In this document: one piece after another, positions 63,746-64,000 of the stretch | Layout: the number at the start of each line of letters is the position of its first letter | Position numbering within the stretch: position 1 is the stretch's first letter | IMG/VR virus record: IMGVR_UViG_3300045747_000527 | Location: 64,001-128,000 of that record | Length of the DNA: 64,000 nucleotides | Reading direction: 5' to 3' (one strand) | From: a virus | Made by a program: the position numbers and the translations under genes | Notes under the pieces: generated by a model | What the model was told of the DNA's origin: nothing | The model's database searches: none | Seen by the model: the letters and a program-made list of their open reading frames with translations, nothing else

Positions 63746-64000
63746 CTAGTGCTGTGGTGGCATAGCCGGTTCAGTGGCCCCGCAGATGAGCCTCAGTAGA
63801 TCTTCTTGAGGAAAGACGACGCCTCGTTTCGCCTCCTCAAACATGATCTGAGCGAGCGTCTGCGTTGTGATGTCAGCCCCGCCGTCGTGGCCCACGACCT
63901 TGAAGCCCTGGCCGCTGCGAAGCACAGCGGCTAGTTCACGCAAGGTCACGTACCTCTTCGTGAAGGTATCGTAGAGCTTTCGATTCGAATAGCGTTTGAT
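63746..64000 (-). CDS. PhaR/PhbR N-terminal (PHB-accumulation regulator) DNA-binding domain protein, 5'-truncated by window
   Basis: Frame is open to the window edge, beyond the ORF-track start: IKRYSNRKLYDTFTKRYVTLRELAAVLRSGQGFKVVGHDGGADITTQTLAQIMFEE, matching the PhaR N-terminal pattern IKxYxNRxLYDT...YVTL...DIT...LxQI. Confidence 0.85.
   Translation of the reverse strand: MKRYSNRKLYDTFTKRYVTLRELAAVLRSGQGFKVVGHDGGADITTQTLAQIMFEEAKRGVVFPQEDLLRLICGATEPAMPPQH

Overview
This 64-kb window looks like part of a large tailed dsDNA phage genome, probably a contractile-tailed (myovirus-like) phage of a GC-rich Gram-negative host. Several cargo genes hint at Myxococcota or a related lineage, but that is inference. 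Bases 1-9.6 kb (+ strand) are a replication/recombination block: partial SSB-like gene, family A DNA polymerase split by a 648-nt group I intron carrying an HNH endonuclease in P8, HU, RecA-like protein with a Zn-ribbon insert, SLOG/YspA, Hjc-like and RusA-like resolvases and a Cas4-like exonuclease, ending at a GAAA-loop terminator. Bases 9.65-64 kb (- strand) are a late/virion block: tape measure, hub-like, baseplate J- and gp25-like proteins, beta-helix tailspike, collagen-like fibre, several fibre/adhesin genes, M15 peptidase endolysin, holin candidates and a phage sigma factor. The accessory genes stand out: a PIG-L deacetylase/carbohydrate-binding fusion and an alpha/beta hydrolase in the fibre cluster, a GT4-methyltransferase fusion beside the Ser/Thr-rich collagen fibre, a stand-alone MshEN-like protein, a PhaR-N-like regulator, a signal-peptide-bearing fibre with a beta-propeller, an antisense Cys-rich lipoprotein, an InPase-domain protein and small proteins sharing an (A)FxDE(L/F)EKI(G/A) motif. 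No rRNA, tRNA or CRISPR array was seen. All family assignments are by-eye motif recognition, not database searches.
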